64,000 nt of DNA from a bacterium. Its GTDB lineage: Bacteria; Gemmatimonadota; Gemmatimonadetes; Gemmatimonadales; Gemmatimonadaceae. The stretch spans positions 12,086-76,085 of the forward strand of contig JBDUEJ010000027.1 in the NCBI GenBank assembly GCA_040002475.1. Reading direction: 5' to 3'. Positions 46,641 to 56,089 of this stretch are shown one piece after another. The notes under the pieces are model-generated. The model made no database searches, was not told where the DNA came from, and was given only the letters and a program-made list of their open reading frames with translations. The translations under genes were made by a program, and so were the position numbers. How positions within the stretch are numbered: position 1 is the first letter of the stretch; each line of letters opens with the position of its first letter.

Positions 46641-47969
46641 TTGCCACGATCCACCTCGCACGCGCCGCCTTCGCGCCGCGCCCACAGTCCGGCCGACTCC
46701 GGCCTCTCGCGGGCCGCCAGAATTCGTCGAGCCATTCCGTGGTGGGCGGTCATCGTGACGGTGCTCGTGCTCGTCACGGTTCCGTTCGCCGTCGATCCCG
46801 TGTGGGATGCGGTGACGTTCGCCGGCGTCGGCGAAGGCCGGCTCGATCTGCCGGCGGCGTACCTGGCCATCGCGCCGCTGTCGACCGTCCTCGACACGCT
46901 CACGTTGCTGACCGTGCCGCAACACATCGCGATCTTTGTCTTCGCTCTCCTAGTGTTTGTGTATTGGCGCGCCTGGAGTGCCCGCACGCGTCGCACCAAC
47001 GTCCGCCGCGAGGCGATCGCGGCGGTCGCGCTGCTCGCCGTCGTCGTGTTGATCTACGCCGTCGGCGTGCTTGTGCCGCGTCCCATGGCGCCGCTGGTGT
47101 TGTCCGATCCCGAGGTGGTGGCGATCGACTTTCACGCGCATACCAAGTATTCGCATGATGGACGGTCCGGTTGGACCGAAGAGGATGTGCGGCAGTGGCA
47201 CCGCGCGGCCGGGTACGACGTTGCCTACATCACCGATCACGCGAATTTCGAAGGCGCTGAACGCGGCGTTGCCGGCAATCCCGCCCTGGCGGGCCAGGGA
47301 ACGGTGCTGCTGCAGGGCCTCGAGGCCTTCTATCGCGGAGAGCACGTCAACATTCTCAGCGCCGGGCGTCGCTACCGTGGAATCACGACGAAGGACTTGA
47401 AGGACGTGGACGAGGAGGCGCTCGCCCTTGCCAGTCTGATCGCGGCAACGTCTCCGTTGTTGATCGAGACGATCCCCGGAAACCTGAGCAAGATGACGCC
47501 GGCGAAGTTCGAGGGCGGCGTGGGCGTGCGTGCGATCGAGATCGTGGATGGATCGCCGCGCGGATTGGCCCAGGGCCGGAACGAACATGATCGTATCGTC
47601 AAGATCGCCGACACGCTCAACCTCGCGCTGGTGACCGGCTCGGACAATCATGGCTGGGGTCACGCCGCGCCCGGGTGGACGTTGATGCGCATTCCCGGTT
47701 GGCGCGGAATGCCGACCGATTCGTTGTCGCGCCGCATCGAGGACATTCTGCGCATCGGACGCCGCGAGGCCACGAAGACCGTAGCACGCCGCGTTGCCGG
47801 CGCGAGCGACCCCATGTCGATCGTCTTCTCCGGGCCGGCCGTCGCCTGGCGGATGTTCACCACGCTGTCGCCGGACGAGCGCGTGATTTGGCTGGTGTGG
47901 GTCTGGGGACTCGTGATCGTCCTTCGCGGATTGCATTCGTACCGCATTCGTCCGTCCGCCACGGCGTGA
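46641..47969 (+). CDS. membrane-anchored PHP-domain (polymerase/histidinol phosphatase-like) metallohydrolase
   Basis: Several N-terminal TM helices are followed by IDFHAHTKYSHDG and AYITDHANF, with a C-terminal TM. The start is uncertain. The track gives TTG 46572, but GC3 is low until about 46641, where an in-frame TTG occurs. Confidence 0.6.
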   Translation: MPRSTSHAPPSRRAHSPADSGLSRAARIRRAIPWWAVIVTVLVLVTVPFAVDPVWDAVTFAGVGEGRLDLPAAYLAIAPLSTVLDTLTLLTVPQHIAIFVFALLVFVYWRAWSARTRRTNVRREAIAAVALLAVVVLIYAVGVLVPRPMAPLVLSDPEVVAIDFHAHTKYSHDGRSGWTEEDVRQWHRAAGYDVAYITDHANFEGAERGVAGNPALAGQGTVLLQGLEAFYRGEHVNILSAGRRYRGITTKDLKDVDEEALALASLIAATSPLLIETIPGNLSKMTPAKFEGGVGVRAIEIVDGSPRGLAQGRNEHDRIVKIADTLNLALVTGSDNHGWGHAAPGWTLMRIPGWRGMPTDSLSRRIEDILRIGRREATKTVARRVAGASDPMSIVFSGPAVAWRMFTTLSPDERVIWLVWVWGLVIVLRGLHSYRIRPSATA

Positions 47970-47990
47970 GCCTCACGGGAGCCACGGAGC

Positions 47991-49547
47991 TTGAGTAGTT
48001 CGAGCGACGTGAACGCCATCGACCCTCATGCAGGGAAATGGGTGCGCGCGCTCGCCGTGATCACCATCGCGGCGGTCATCCGTCTCGTCTTCGCCGGCCT
48101 GATCCCTGTATTTCCTGACGAGGCGTACTACTGGGAGTGGTCGCGTCGCCTCGCGCCGGGCTACTTCGACCATCCACCCGGCATTGCCGCGCTCATTCGC
48201 CTGGGCGGCGTGCTGCTCGCCCCATTCGGAATGTCCGCCACGCCGCTCGGCGTCCGCTTGGGCCCCGCGCTCGCGGGCTGGATCGCGGCCCTGGGCACGA
48301 TCGCGACCGCGCGACGATTGGCGGGCGACGCGGCGGCATTCCGCGCCGCGATCATCTTGAGTGTGCTGCCGCTCGCTGCCGCCGGACTGATTCTCTCCAC
48401 GCCGGACTCTCCGCTGCTTGCCGCCACCGCCGTCGCGCTCTACGCGCTCGTGCGCGCGCTTCAGAGTCCGCCGCGCTCCGCCGACTCGCTTCGCTGGTGG
48501 GCAATGACCGGCGCAGTGCTCGGCTTGGCCTTCTCGTCCAAGTACACGTCGATCTTTCTCCCGGTGGCCGCGGTCGCGGCGATCGCGATTCGCCCCGACC
48601 TCCGCGCGCGCTTTCGCGAGCCCGGGCCATATGTCGCCTGCGCGTTCGCGGTCGCTGTCTTCCTCCCCGTGCTGCTGTGGAATTCGCAGCACGGATGGAT
48701 TTCATTCGTGTTCCAGGTGCGCCACGGCTTCTCGGCGTCGCAAGGGTCAGCGCTTCTCGCCGCGTGGAAGCATCTCGGCGATTTCTTTGGCGGCCAGGCG
48801 GCTCTCGCGTCGCCCATCCTTTTCATTTTGCTCATCATCGCCGTGCGCGCCTCGTTGACGCGACGCTCCGACGGCGCGCGCTTCGTGCTCGGCGCGGTGG
48901 CCGCGCTGTCGTTCGGGTTCTTCGTGTACAGCTGTCTGCGCCGGCGCGTGGAGCCGAATTGGCCGGCGCCGGCATACATCCCGGCGATCGTGCTGCTGGC
49001 GACAATGCGCTTCGGCACGCGCGGCGAGAAGTGGTTGACCGGCGGGATTGGTCTCGCCGCCGCGCTCACGCTGGTGATCTATGCGCAGGCCGTCGTCCCA
49101 ATTCTTCCGATCCCGCCGCAGAAGGATCCCATCGGCCGAGCTTTCGGTTGGCGCGAGCTCACAGCTCGCGCCGATAGCGTTGCACAATCGTTGAGCACCG
49201 AGACGCGGGCGACGACGTGGCTTGGCGGCGATCGCTATCAAGAGGCTGCCGAGCTCGCGCTGCAATCGCCGTCACATCCGACGACGTTTGCTCTCAATCT
49301 CTCGGGTCGAGAGAACCAGTATGATCTCTGGCCAAAATTCTCGGCCGTTGCGCGCCCGGGCGACAACTTGCTGTTGGTGCTCGACGACTCGGACGTTCCG
49401 CACTCGACGGTGGTCGCCGTGGGGCCAAACTTCGCCGGCCTGCGTCGCGGAGATCTGGTGACACTTCGGCGCGGCGATGGCGTGATCGCGACGCGCCGCA
49501 TTTGGCTGTTGGTGAATTGGCGGGGCACGGCGCTGCCGCAACGCTAG
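47991..49547 (+). CDS. GT39/ArnT-like (GT-C) glycosyltransferase
   Basis: The ORF is 518 aa and polytopic. The motif FPDEAYYWEWSRRLAPGYFDHPP is typical of the PMT_2/ArnT family. Confidence 0.8.
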   Translation: MSSSSDVNAIDPHAGKWVRALAVITIAAVIRLVFAGLIPVFPDEAYYWEWSRRLAPGYFDHPPGIAALIRLGGVLLAPFGMSATPLGVRLGPALAGWIAALGTIATARRLAGDAAAFRAAIILSVLPLAAAGLILSTPDSPLLAATAVALYALVRALQSPPRSADSLRWWAMTGAVLGLAFSSKYTSIFLPVAAVAAIAIRPDLRARFREPGPYVACAFAVAVFLPVLLWNSQHGWISFVFQVRHGFSASQGSALLAAWKHLGDFFGGQAALASPILFILLIIAVRASLTRRSDGARFVLGAVAALSFGFFVYSCLRRRVEPNWPAPAYIPAIVLLATMRFGTRGEKWLTGGIGLAAALTLVIYAQAVVPILPIPPQKDPIGRAFGWRELTARADSVAQSLSTETRATTWLGGDRYQEAAELALQSPSHPTTFALNLSGRENQYDLWPKFSAVARPGDNLLLVLDDSDVPHSTVVAVGPNFAGLRRGDLVTLRRGDGVIATRRIWLLVNWRGTALPQR

Positions 49548-49567
49548 GCGGCGCCGGGGCACGAAGA

Positions 49568-49620
49568 GGCGCATCGCGGGGAACGGCGTTGCGCTCCACG
49601 AGCGGGAAACGCGATGCGCC
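49568..49620. terminator. 11-bp perfect hairpin with a 31-nt loop between convergent genes
   Basis: GGCGCATCGCG at 49568-49578 pairs with CGCGATGCGCC at 49610-49620. It lies between the GT39 stop (49547) and the MarR stop (49631). No U-tract is present. Confidence 0.4.
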
Positions 49621-49630
49621 TGCGCGCGCG

Positions 49631-50251
49631 TTAGGCCCGCTGTGCCCGCTTCTTGGCTCTGTGTCCTGAGCGCACGCCTTCGAGCAGCTTCAACAGCTGG
49701 GTCTGCTCGAGCTCCGAAAGACTGCCTACGGCGATCTCGTCGGCTTCGCGCATCTCTTCTTCGAGGGCCTCGACCACCGTGCGGCCCTCGTCGGTGATGT
49801 AGCAGAAGACCTGGCGGCGGTCGGTGGAGGTGCGCTCGCGGCGCGCCAGCCCTGCTTTTTCCAGCTTGTCGAGCAGGCGGGTGATGCCGGGCGCCGCGTG
49901 AATCATCCGATCGCGAATGACGAGCGTTGGAAGACCGTCGGCGCCGGCGCCGCGCAGAATCCGCAGCACGTTGTACTGCTGGATCGTGACGCCCGTTCTC
50001 GCGACGACCTGCGCGAAATGGCGCTCGATGAGCGCGGCGGTTCTGAGAATGCTCACGGCGACTTCCGCCTTGACCGAATGAAACGGCCGGCGCTGACCAA
50101 TCTCCGCTTGGATGCCGCTGGTTGCTCCCGTCGCGGACGCGGTCCCGCCCCCACCTCCGCCCCCACCCCCGCTGGGTACCGCTCGCGAGGAGGACGGCGT
50201 CGTCACCGCATACGCGGCATCCCCGTGTGCTTCGGCCACATCACCTCTCAT
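49631..50251 (-). CDS. MarR-family transcriptional regulator with N-terminal Gly9 extension
   Basis: The winged-helix core reads QQYNVLRILRGAG...ITRLLDKLEKAGLARRERTSTDRRQV. The upstream 60 aa include SGGGGGGGGGT. An alternative GTG start at VSILRT would remove the extension. Confidence 0.75.
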   Translation of the reverse strand: MRGDVAEAHGDAAYAVTTPSSSRAVPSGGGGGGGGGTASATGATSGIQAEIGQRRPFHSVKAEVAVSILRTAALIERHFAQVVARTGVTIQQYNVLRILRGAGADGLPTLVIRDRMIHAAPGITRLLDKLEKAGLARRERTSTDRRQVFCYITDEGRTVVEALEEEMREADEIAVGSLSELEQTQLLKLLEGVRSGHRAKKRAQRA

Positions 50252-50262
50252 TCGGACAGTTT

Positions 50263-50290
50263 CGCAACGTAGTTGATGATAGACGTTTGC
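50263..50290. promoter_or_regulatory. imperfect inverted repeat, candidate operator in the MarR/TetR divergent region
   Basis: The repeat is CGCAACGT-N12-ACGTTTGC. It sits in the 113-bp gap between the divergent regulator genes. Confidence 0.25.
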
Positions 50291-50364
50291 CGCGAGCGAC
50301 GCGAGCCGCCATCTTCACAACGCACGGCAACCCACCGCGCGTTGACTTCTCGGGCTCAGGATTC

Positions 50365-50997
50365 ATGACGTCGCCGCGCTTCCGTCCGCCGCAACAGCAT
50401 CGTAGCCAGGAAACCCTGGATCGGATACTGGATGCGGCCGAACGCGTCCTCGACGCCAAGAGCTTTTCCGAGGCGACGCTGGTGGAAATCATGGAGCGCG
50501 CCGGCATGACGATGGGAGCATTCTACCGTCGTTTTCCGGACAAGGACGCGTTGCTGCATCTGATGGACGAGCGATTCTTTGCCGAGTTATATGTGCGCGG
50601 CGACTCGGTTCTCGAGCCGACTCGATGGGCTGGACTACCAATCTCCGATATTCTCCGGGAGTTCACGCGCGAGGCAGTTCTTGTCTACCGGGAGCGCCGC
50701 GGGCTGCTCCGCAGCCTCTTTCTCCGGGCCCGGATCGACCCCGTCATCCAGGAATCGGCCCGCCTGATCAACGCCCATCTCATCGACCGGCTGGTGCTCC
50801 TGCTCTTGCCCCGCGTGGCGGAGATCAAGCATCCAGACCCTCGCCGGGCCATCGAGCTGGGGTACGTGGTTCTCGTGGGCGCGATCCGCGAGGCGACGCT
50901 GTTTGGGGAGGTATGGCCGAGTCCCAATGCGGTGGACGGGATCGATCTCACCGAAGAGTTGGCAAGGCTCTATCTAGGGTACCTCGGGGTCGCATAG
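50365..50997 (+). CDS. TetR-family transcriptional regulator
   Basis: I use the internal ATG at 50365 (MTSPRFRPPQQHRSQETLDRIL). The HTH region reads ATLVEIMERAGMTMGAFYRRFPDKDALL. Confidence 0.85.
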   Translation: MTSPRFRPPQQHRSQETLDRILDAAERVLDAKSFSEATLVEIMERAGMTMGAFYRRFPDKDALLHLMDERFFAELYVRGDSVLEPTRWAGLPISDILREFTREAVLVYRERRGLLRSLFLRARIDPVIQESARLINAHLIDRLVLLLLPRVAEIKHPDPRRAIELGYVVLVGAIREATLFGEVWPSPNAVDGIDLTEELARLYLGYLGVA

Positions 50998-51113
50998 AGC
51001 CTGCCAACGAAGTACCTACGCTACTGTGGTGGCGAGTACCAGGACTGGCATACCAGCCCTTCTACCTCGTACTCGGTGCCGGAGTACTGCATGGACTGCA
51101 GTGCTAGTTTTTT
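50998..51113. repeat. GTAC-rich intergenic repeat, copy R2
   Basis: It begins directly after the TetR stop. It carries the 18-nt block identical to R1 (51036-51053). Its 3' end (GTACTGCATGGACTGCAGTGC) is the reverse complement of the CACTGCAGT...GTAC start motif seen in R3 and R1. Confidence 0.6.
51084..51113 (+). terminator. rho-independent terminator downstream of the TetR gene
   Basis: The 8-bp stem GTACTGCA/TGCAGTGC includes one G-U pair and has a 5-nt loop. It is followed by TAG and TTTTTT. Confidence 0.6.
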
Positions 51114-51188
51114 CGCCACTCACCGAGCACTTAGGACGGTTGACCGAATAGTTGTCGGAGTCTGACTCGACCGCTCGTACGGTCAGTC

Positions 51189-53378
51189 ATGACGAAAGTG
51201 CAACGGCTCCTCTTATTCCTCTGCGCCGCGCCGGCCGCTGCCGCCCAGACCGCAACTGCGTCGCATCTCCTGAAAGGCACGCTCACGGCGGCCTCGGGCG
51301 CGCCCGTCTCCGGCGCGAATGTCTTTCTGCTCGAATCGCTGGACGCGGCGCTGAGCGATTCGGCCGGTCACTTCTCGTTCCGCACCACGGCAACGGGCTC
51401 CGTGACGATTGTCGCGCGACACATCGGCTTCGCGCCGGCGTCCGTGCTCGTTTCCGTCGACACGACCGGCGATGTCGCCATCACGCTCGTACCGCAGGCC
51501 GCGGCGCTCGTGCCGATCACCGTCCAAGCCGGCGCCTACAAGGCCGGGAACGAGCGCGGCGCCACGCTCACGGCGATCGAAGTCGTCTCGACACCCGGTG
51601 CCACCGCCGACGTCGCCCGTGCCATGCAGACGCTGCCCGGCGTACAGAACGTGGACGAAGGCACCGGCCTGTTCGTGCGCGGCGGCGACGTGAGCGAAAC
51701 GAAAGTGCTGCTCAACAGCGTCGTCATGCTCTCGCCGTACAACTACGAGACGCCCACGGGCAACTATACCGTCACGGTCAATCCGTTCCTCCTCGACGGC
51801 ATCTTCTTCAGCTCGGGCGGATTCGGTGCGCGCTACGGCAACATTCTTTCCGGAGTCGCCGACCTGCGCACGGCGGGGCGGCCGACGCAGAGCTCCATGA
51901 CCGGCGTCGCCGGACTCGCGAGCGTCTCGACCGCTGCCGATCTCGCCCTGAGTCACGGACTCACGGTGCACGCCACCGCCGCGCGAAACGACACGCAGCT
52001 GCTCTTCAAGCTGAACGGCTCGACCCGCTCGTATTCGCCCGCGCCACGCGGCGAAGACTTCAGCGGCAGCGTGATCTACAGCTATCGGCCCACGGCCGAG
52101 ATCAAGACGTTCGCCATCGACCGCCACAGCACGCTCGGCATCGGCGTTAGCGATCCCTCATTCGATGGCGGCTATTCGGCCGACGTTCACAGTCGAATGA
52201 TGCAGGCCGGCTGGACCGACGTCTTCGGCACGATCGCGCCCACGTTGAGCGTGTCGTACGCGAGCGCACACCGCGACGAAGGGTTCGGGGTGTTCAACCT
52301 CGGCACCGACGAACACTGGTCGCAGCTCTTCACGCAAACCGCGTGGAGTCCGGACGATCGCTACACGTTCCGCGTTGGCGGCGATCTCGATTGGCGTGAC
52401 AGCCGCTTCATCGGCTCCATTCCCGAAGCGAGCGACGATCGCGGCATCAGCGCGCCGCCGATCAAGTTCGATTCGCGCGCGCCGGGCGGACGCAACGGTG
52501 TGTTCGGCGAAATGGATTGGCGCGCCCTCGAAGATCTGCGCCTCATCGCCGGGCTGCGCAGCGACTATTCGAGCTACACGCACGATCGCACGATCGATCC
52601 GCGCCTCTCTCTTGCGTACAAAGTCGGTGTCGCGACGCTCACGGCGGCGCTTGGGGACTACCATCAGGTCTCCGATCCGCTCTACTTCGCATCGGGAATC
52701 GGCAAGCCCGGCCTCGGTCCGATGTCGGCGCAGCAATACGTCGTCGGTGGACAGATCGGCGACGGCGGCCACGTGGCGCGCATCGAGCTCTACGACAAAC
52801 GGTATCACGATCTCGTGGGGCTCACGCGGGACAAGGTCGTGACCGACGGCGGCGTGGGCCAGGCACGCGGCGCCGACTTCTTCGTCAAGCATCAACTCTG
52901 GCCGTTCTTCTCGGCTCGCTTGTCGTACAGCTATGTCGACTCGCATCGCACCGATCCTGACACGCAACGCGACGCGCCGGCGCCATTCGACATTACGAAT
53001 TCCATTGCGCTCATCGGCGATCAAACGTTGCCAAAAGGCTGGAGCGTCAGCGCCGCTTGGCGGTATGCGACAGGCAAGCCGTTCACACCCATTACCAGCG
53101 CGTCGTTCGATACCGCTCGCGGCGTCTGGCAGCCCGCGTATGGCGCCGCGTCGAGCGACCGTCTCCCGCCGCTCAAACGGCTCGACATCTCTCTGTCACG
53201 CGTCACGCGGTTTTCGGGGAACCAGCTCGTCTACTTCTTCTCGCTCGACAACGTGCTCGACCGCGACAACATCTACCAGTACACGTACAACACCACCTAC
53301 ACGCAGCGCATTCCCGTTCGCAGTCTGTTCAAGCGATCCGTCTATTTCGGCGGCTCGCTCACTCACATCGGAACCTGA
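51189..53378 (+). CDS. TonB-dependent receptor with N-terminal CarboxypepD_reg-like domain
   Basis: The ORF is 729 aa with a signal peptide. A beta-sandwich segment (LKGTLTAASGAPVSGANVFLL) is followed by a plug (TLPGVQNVDEGTGLFVRGG) and a long barrel. Confidence 0.85.
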   Translation: MTKVQRLLLFLCAAPAAAAQTATASHLLKGTLTAASGAPVSGANVFLLESLDAALSDSAGHFSFRTTATGSVTIVARHIGFAPASVLVSVDTTGDVAITLVPQAAALVPITVQAGAYKAGNERGATLTAIEVVSTPGATADVARAMQTLPGVQNVDEGTGLFVRGGDVSETKVLLNSVVMLSPYNYETPTGNYTVTVNPFLLDGIFFSSGGFGARYGNILSGVADLRTAGRPTQSSMTGVAGLASVSTAADLALSHGLTVHATAARNDTQLLFKLNGSTRSYSPAPRGEDFSGSVIYSYRPTAEIKTFAIDRHSTLGIGVSDPSFDGGYSADVHSRMMQAGWTDVFGTIAPTLSVSYASAHRDEGFGVFNLGTDEHWSQLFTQTAWSPDDRYTFRVGGDLDWRDSRFIGSIPEASDDRGISAPPIKFDSRAPGGRNGVFGEMDWRALEDLRLIAGLRSDYSSYTHDRTIDPRLSLAYKVGVATLTAALGDYHQVSDPLYFASGIGKPGLGPMSAQQYVVGGQIGDGGHVARIELYDKRYHDLVGLTRDKVVTDGGVGQARGADFFVKHQLWPFFSARLSYSYVDSHRTDPDTQRDAPAPFDITNSIALIGDQTLPKGWSVSAAWRYATGKPFTPITSASFDTARGVWQPAYGAASSDRLPPLKRLDISLSRVTRFSGNQLVYFFSLDNVLDRDNIYQYTYNTTYTQRIPVRSLFKRSVYFGGSLTHIGT

Positions 53379-53380
53379 TC

Positions 53381-54145
53381 ATGAAACGCGCATCAATTCT
53401 TTTCGTCGCCGCGACGTTGGTTGGCGGTTATACACGTGCCAACGCACAGGCCAACGCGCAGGCGAACGCACCGGCGAAGTGGGCCGACACAATCAGCACG
53501 GAGATCGAAAAGGCGCAGATGGCCGGCGACGACGCCAAGCTCGCCGCCGCGGTTGCACTCGCCAATCGAGTCGCGACGGCGTTTCCCACGGACGGTTTAA
53601 TCCTCCACTATCAGGGCTACGCCATCTATCGCCAAGGCCTTCTCCAAATGGGACGCGGCGGCGACGCGAGCGCACTCTTCGAGCAGGCGCGCGGTATTCT
53701 CGAGCGTTCGCTCAAGGCTCGACCGCTGCCGGAAACGCACGGGCTGCTCTCGTCCATCGACGGCCAGCTCATCGCCAAGTCGCCAAACCGCGCAATGGAG
53801 CTTGGTATGGCGTCGCAGGCATCGCAGTCGGCCGCGCTTTCGATCGGCCCAAAGAGCCCGCGCGTCTGGCTGCTGCGCGGGCAGGGCGCGATCTTTACGC
53901 CGCCAGAGTACGGCGGCGGCCTTTCAGTGGCCGAGGGCCAATTAAAGCACGCGATCGAGCTGTTCGCCAGCGACGCGCCAAAGCCCGGCGAGCCGTCGTG
54001 GGGCAAGGCCGAAGCCTATGCATGGCTTGGCCAGGTCTATGAAAAGCAGGGCGATAAGGCCAAGGCCGCGTCGTTCTACAAACAAGCGATCGACATCGCC
54101 CCGAATTATGGGTATGCGAAGATGCTCTCTAGCGCACTCAAATGA
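53381..54145 (+). CDS. secreted TPR-like helical-repeat protein
   Basis: I use the internal ATG at 53381, 2 nt after the receptor stop. The signal peptide is MKRASILFVAATLVGG. The C-terminal TPR-like helix reads AWLGQVYEKQGDKAKAASFYKQAIDIAPNY. Confidence 0.6.
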   Translation: MKRASILFVAATLVGGYTRANAQANAQANAPAKWADTISTEIEKAQMAGDDAKLAAAVALANRVATAFPTDGLILHYQGYAIYRQGLLQMGRGGDASALFEQARGILERSLKARPLPETHGLLSSIDGQLIAKSPNRAMELGMASQASQSAALSIGPKSPRVWLLRGQGAIFTPPEYGGGLSVAEGQLKHAIELFASDAPKPGEPSWGKAEAYAWLGQVYEKQGDKAKAASFYKQAIDIAPNYGYAKMLSSALK

Positions 54146-55329
54146 GCATGGACACGTCTCGCGAGGTCCGCGCCATGCACGGAACGACGACGCGTTCTCG
54201 CGTCTGGTTTTGGTACGCTGCCGTCTGGATCCCGGTCGGCCTGCTGTATTCGATGTCGCAAAAGAGCAGGTCGGCCGTCGCGCTCCTCGTCGAGCCGCGG
54301 CTGATGTCGTGGGCCGATGCGCTCGTCGCCGGGTTCGGCTACGTGTTGCCGGTCGCGCTGCTCGGTGTCGTCGTGTGGTGGCTCACGCGTGTGTTGCCCT
54401 GGCCCCCCGCTCGTCTGTCGCGCTTCGTTGCGGCCCACGTAGTGGCTGCGACGACGTTCTCGCTGACGTGGCTCGGCGTCGAGATTGGGATGATCGCGCT
54501 GTCGACCGGGCTCCCGCTCGCCCTGCAGGTTGGCCGAACCTTTGCCGGGTTTCAAGCGCTGGATGGGTTCTTCGTCTACGGACTCATTGCGGCCTTTTCG
54601 CATGTCGTGAGAATCGCGCGTCAACTTCGCGAACAAGAAGCGCGCGTGGCGCGCGCCGACGCGCTGCGAATGGAAGCTCAGTTGGCGGCGCTGCGAGGCC
54701 AGCTCAACCCACACTTTCTCTTCAACACCCTCCACACGCTCACGGCGCTCGTCCGCCGCGATCCCGCGACCGCCGAGAATGCGCTCGAGCGCTTTGGCGA
54801 CATGCTGCGCTACGTGCTCGACGTCAAACGCTCGGCGCGCGAAGACGTGACGCTCGAAGACGAGATGCAATTCGTGAGAAATTATCTGTCACTCGAGCAA
54901 CTGCGTTTCGGCGACCGGCTGCGCGTCGTCGAGCGACTCGAGTCCGATGCGCTCGACTGCGTGCTGCCGTCGCTCACGCTCCAGCCGCTCGTGGAGAACG
55001 CGATCAAGTACGGCATTGCGCCGCGCAAAACCGGCGGGTCAATCACCATCGGTGCAACGCTCCACGGCGACGTGCTTGCGCTCGAGGTGCGAGATGACGG
55101 GCCGGGAGCGCGCAACGACATTCTCCAAAGCGCAACCGGCGTGGGGCTGCGCGCCGTGCGGCAGCGACTCGAAACGCGATACGATGGAAAGACCAATTTC
55201 GCCGTGACCACCTCGCCCGGCGAAGGGTTCATCGTGCGGCTGAGCCTCCCCGCGACGACGCTCTCGCTGAACGGGTCGTCCGACGAGGTCGCGCCGGCGT
55301 CGAACACGGCGGCGTCCCTGCCGGCATGA
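54142..55329 (+). CDS. LytS/YehU-type sensor histidine kinase
   Basis: A polytopic N-terminus is followed by the PF06580-type H-box LRGQLNPHFLFNTLHTL and HATPase_c (ENAIKYG, DDGPG). It has an ATGA overlap with the TPR gene. Confidence 0.85.
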   Translation: MSMDTSREVRAMHGTTTRSRVWFWYAAVWIPVGLLYSMSQKSRSAVALLVEPRLMSWADALVAGFGYVLPVALLGVVVWWLTRVLPWPPARLSRFVAAHVVAATTFSLTWLGVEIGMIALSTGLPLALQVGRTFAGFQALDGFFVYGLIAAFSHVVRIARQLREQEARVARADALRMEAQLAALRGQLNPHFLFNTLHTLTALVRRDPATAENALERFGDMLRYVLDVKRSAREDVTLEDEMQFVRNYLSLEQLRFGDRLRVVERLESDALDCVLPSLTLQPLVENAIKYGIAPRKTGGSITIGATLHGDVLALEVRDDGPGARNDILQSATGVGLRAVRQRLETRYDGKTNFAVTTSPGEGFIVRLSLPATTLSLNGSSDEVAPASNTAASLPA

Positions 55330-56075
55330 AGACCCGCGCGGTGATCATCGAGGACGAGCCGATTGCCCGTGCGCAGCTTCGCGATCTCGTCGGCGAGGTG
55401 GACTGGATCGAGTATGTCGGCGACGCCGCTGACGGACTGAGCGCGGTCGCGCTGATCGACGAGCTCAAACCCGATCTCGTTTTCCTCGACATCGAGATGC
55501 CGGAGTTGAGCGGACTCGAGGTGCTCGGTCGCATCCAGCACGATCCGGCGATCGTGTTCACGACGGCATACGACAAATTCGCCGTGACCGCATTCGAGCT
55601 CGAGGCGATCGACTACCTGCTCAAGCCGTTCGGTCGCGATCGTCTCCATGCGGCGCTCGAGCGCGTCCGCCGGGCGCTCGGAGACGCGTCCGACGTGCCC
55701 GTGGCGCGGCGCGCACGCGAGGCAATGGATCAGATGTCCGGCAGCGGGCCGCTCACGCGGATTTTCGTGCGCGATCGCGGCCGCATTCTTCCCGTCGCGG
55801 CCGGCGAGATCGAGCGGCTGGAGGCCGACGACGACTATGTGGCCGTGGTCAGCCGCGGCCGGCGATTTCTCGTGTATCTCGGCATGAACGAGTTCGAGGC
55901 TCGGCTCGATCCGGAGCGCTTTATTCGCGTCCATCGGTCCCACATCGTGAATATGGACTTCGTGGCGGCCATGGTTCCGTTCGACGCTACGCGGCTGCAG
56001 ATCGAGATGCGCGACGGAACGAAAATCATTGCGAGCCGAACGCGGTCGCGGGAGTTGCGTGGCTTGGCGATCTGA
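55326..56075 (+). CDS. LytTR-family response regulator
   Basis: The receiver reads AVIIEDEPIA...VFLDIEMPELSG. The LytTR DNA-binding domain reads FIRVHRSHIVNMDFV. It has an ATGA overlap with the kinase. Confidence 0.9.
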   Translation: MKTRAVIIEDEPIARAQLRDLVGEVDWIEYVGDAADGLSAVALIDELKPDLVFLDIEMPELSGLEVLGRIQHDPAIVFTTAYDKFAVTAFELEAIDYLLKPFGRDRLHAALERVRRALGDASDVPVARRAREAMDQMSGSGPLTRIFVRDRGRILPVAAGEIERLEADDDYVAVVSRGRRFLVYLGMNEFEARLDPERFIRVHRSHIVNMDFVAAMVPFDATRLQIEMRDGTKIIASRTRSRELRGLAI

Positions 56076-56089
56076 CTCAGGTTTTCAGA

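Noticed and set aside
50998-51188. A cobalamin or other riboswitch upstream of the TonB-dependent receptor.
   Set aside because: No B12-box-like sequence or multi-stem junction is visible. The region is explained by the GTAC-rich repeat plus the TetR terminator.
53438-53470. Short tandem repeats that might suggest a CRISPR array or VNTR: the GCCAACGC(A/G)CAG units here, the Pro-codon run at 43375-43440 and the Gly-codon run at 50140-50170.
   Set aside because: All lie inside coding regions, encoding ANAQANAQANA after a signal peptide, a polyproline linker and a Gly9 tract. They have no spacer/repeat architecture. No CRISPR-like array exists in the window.
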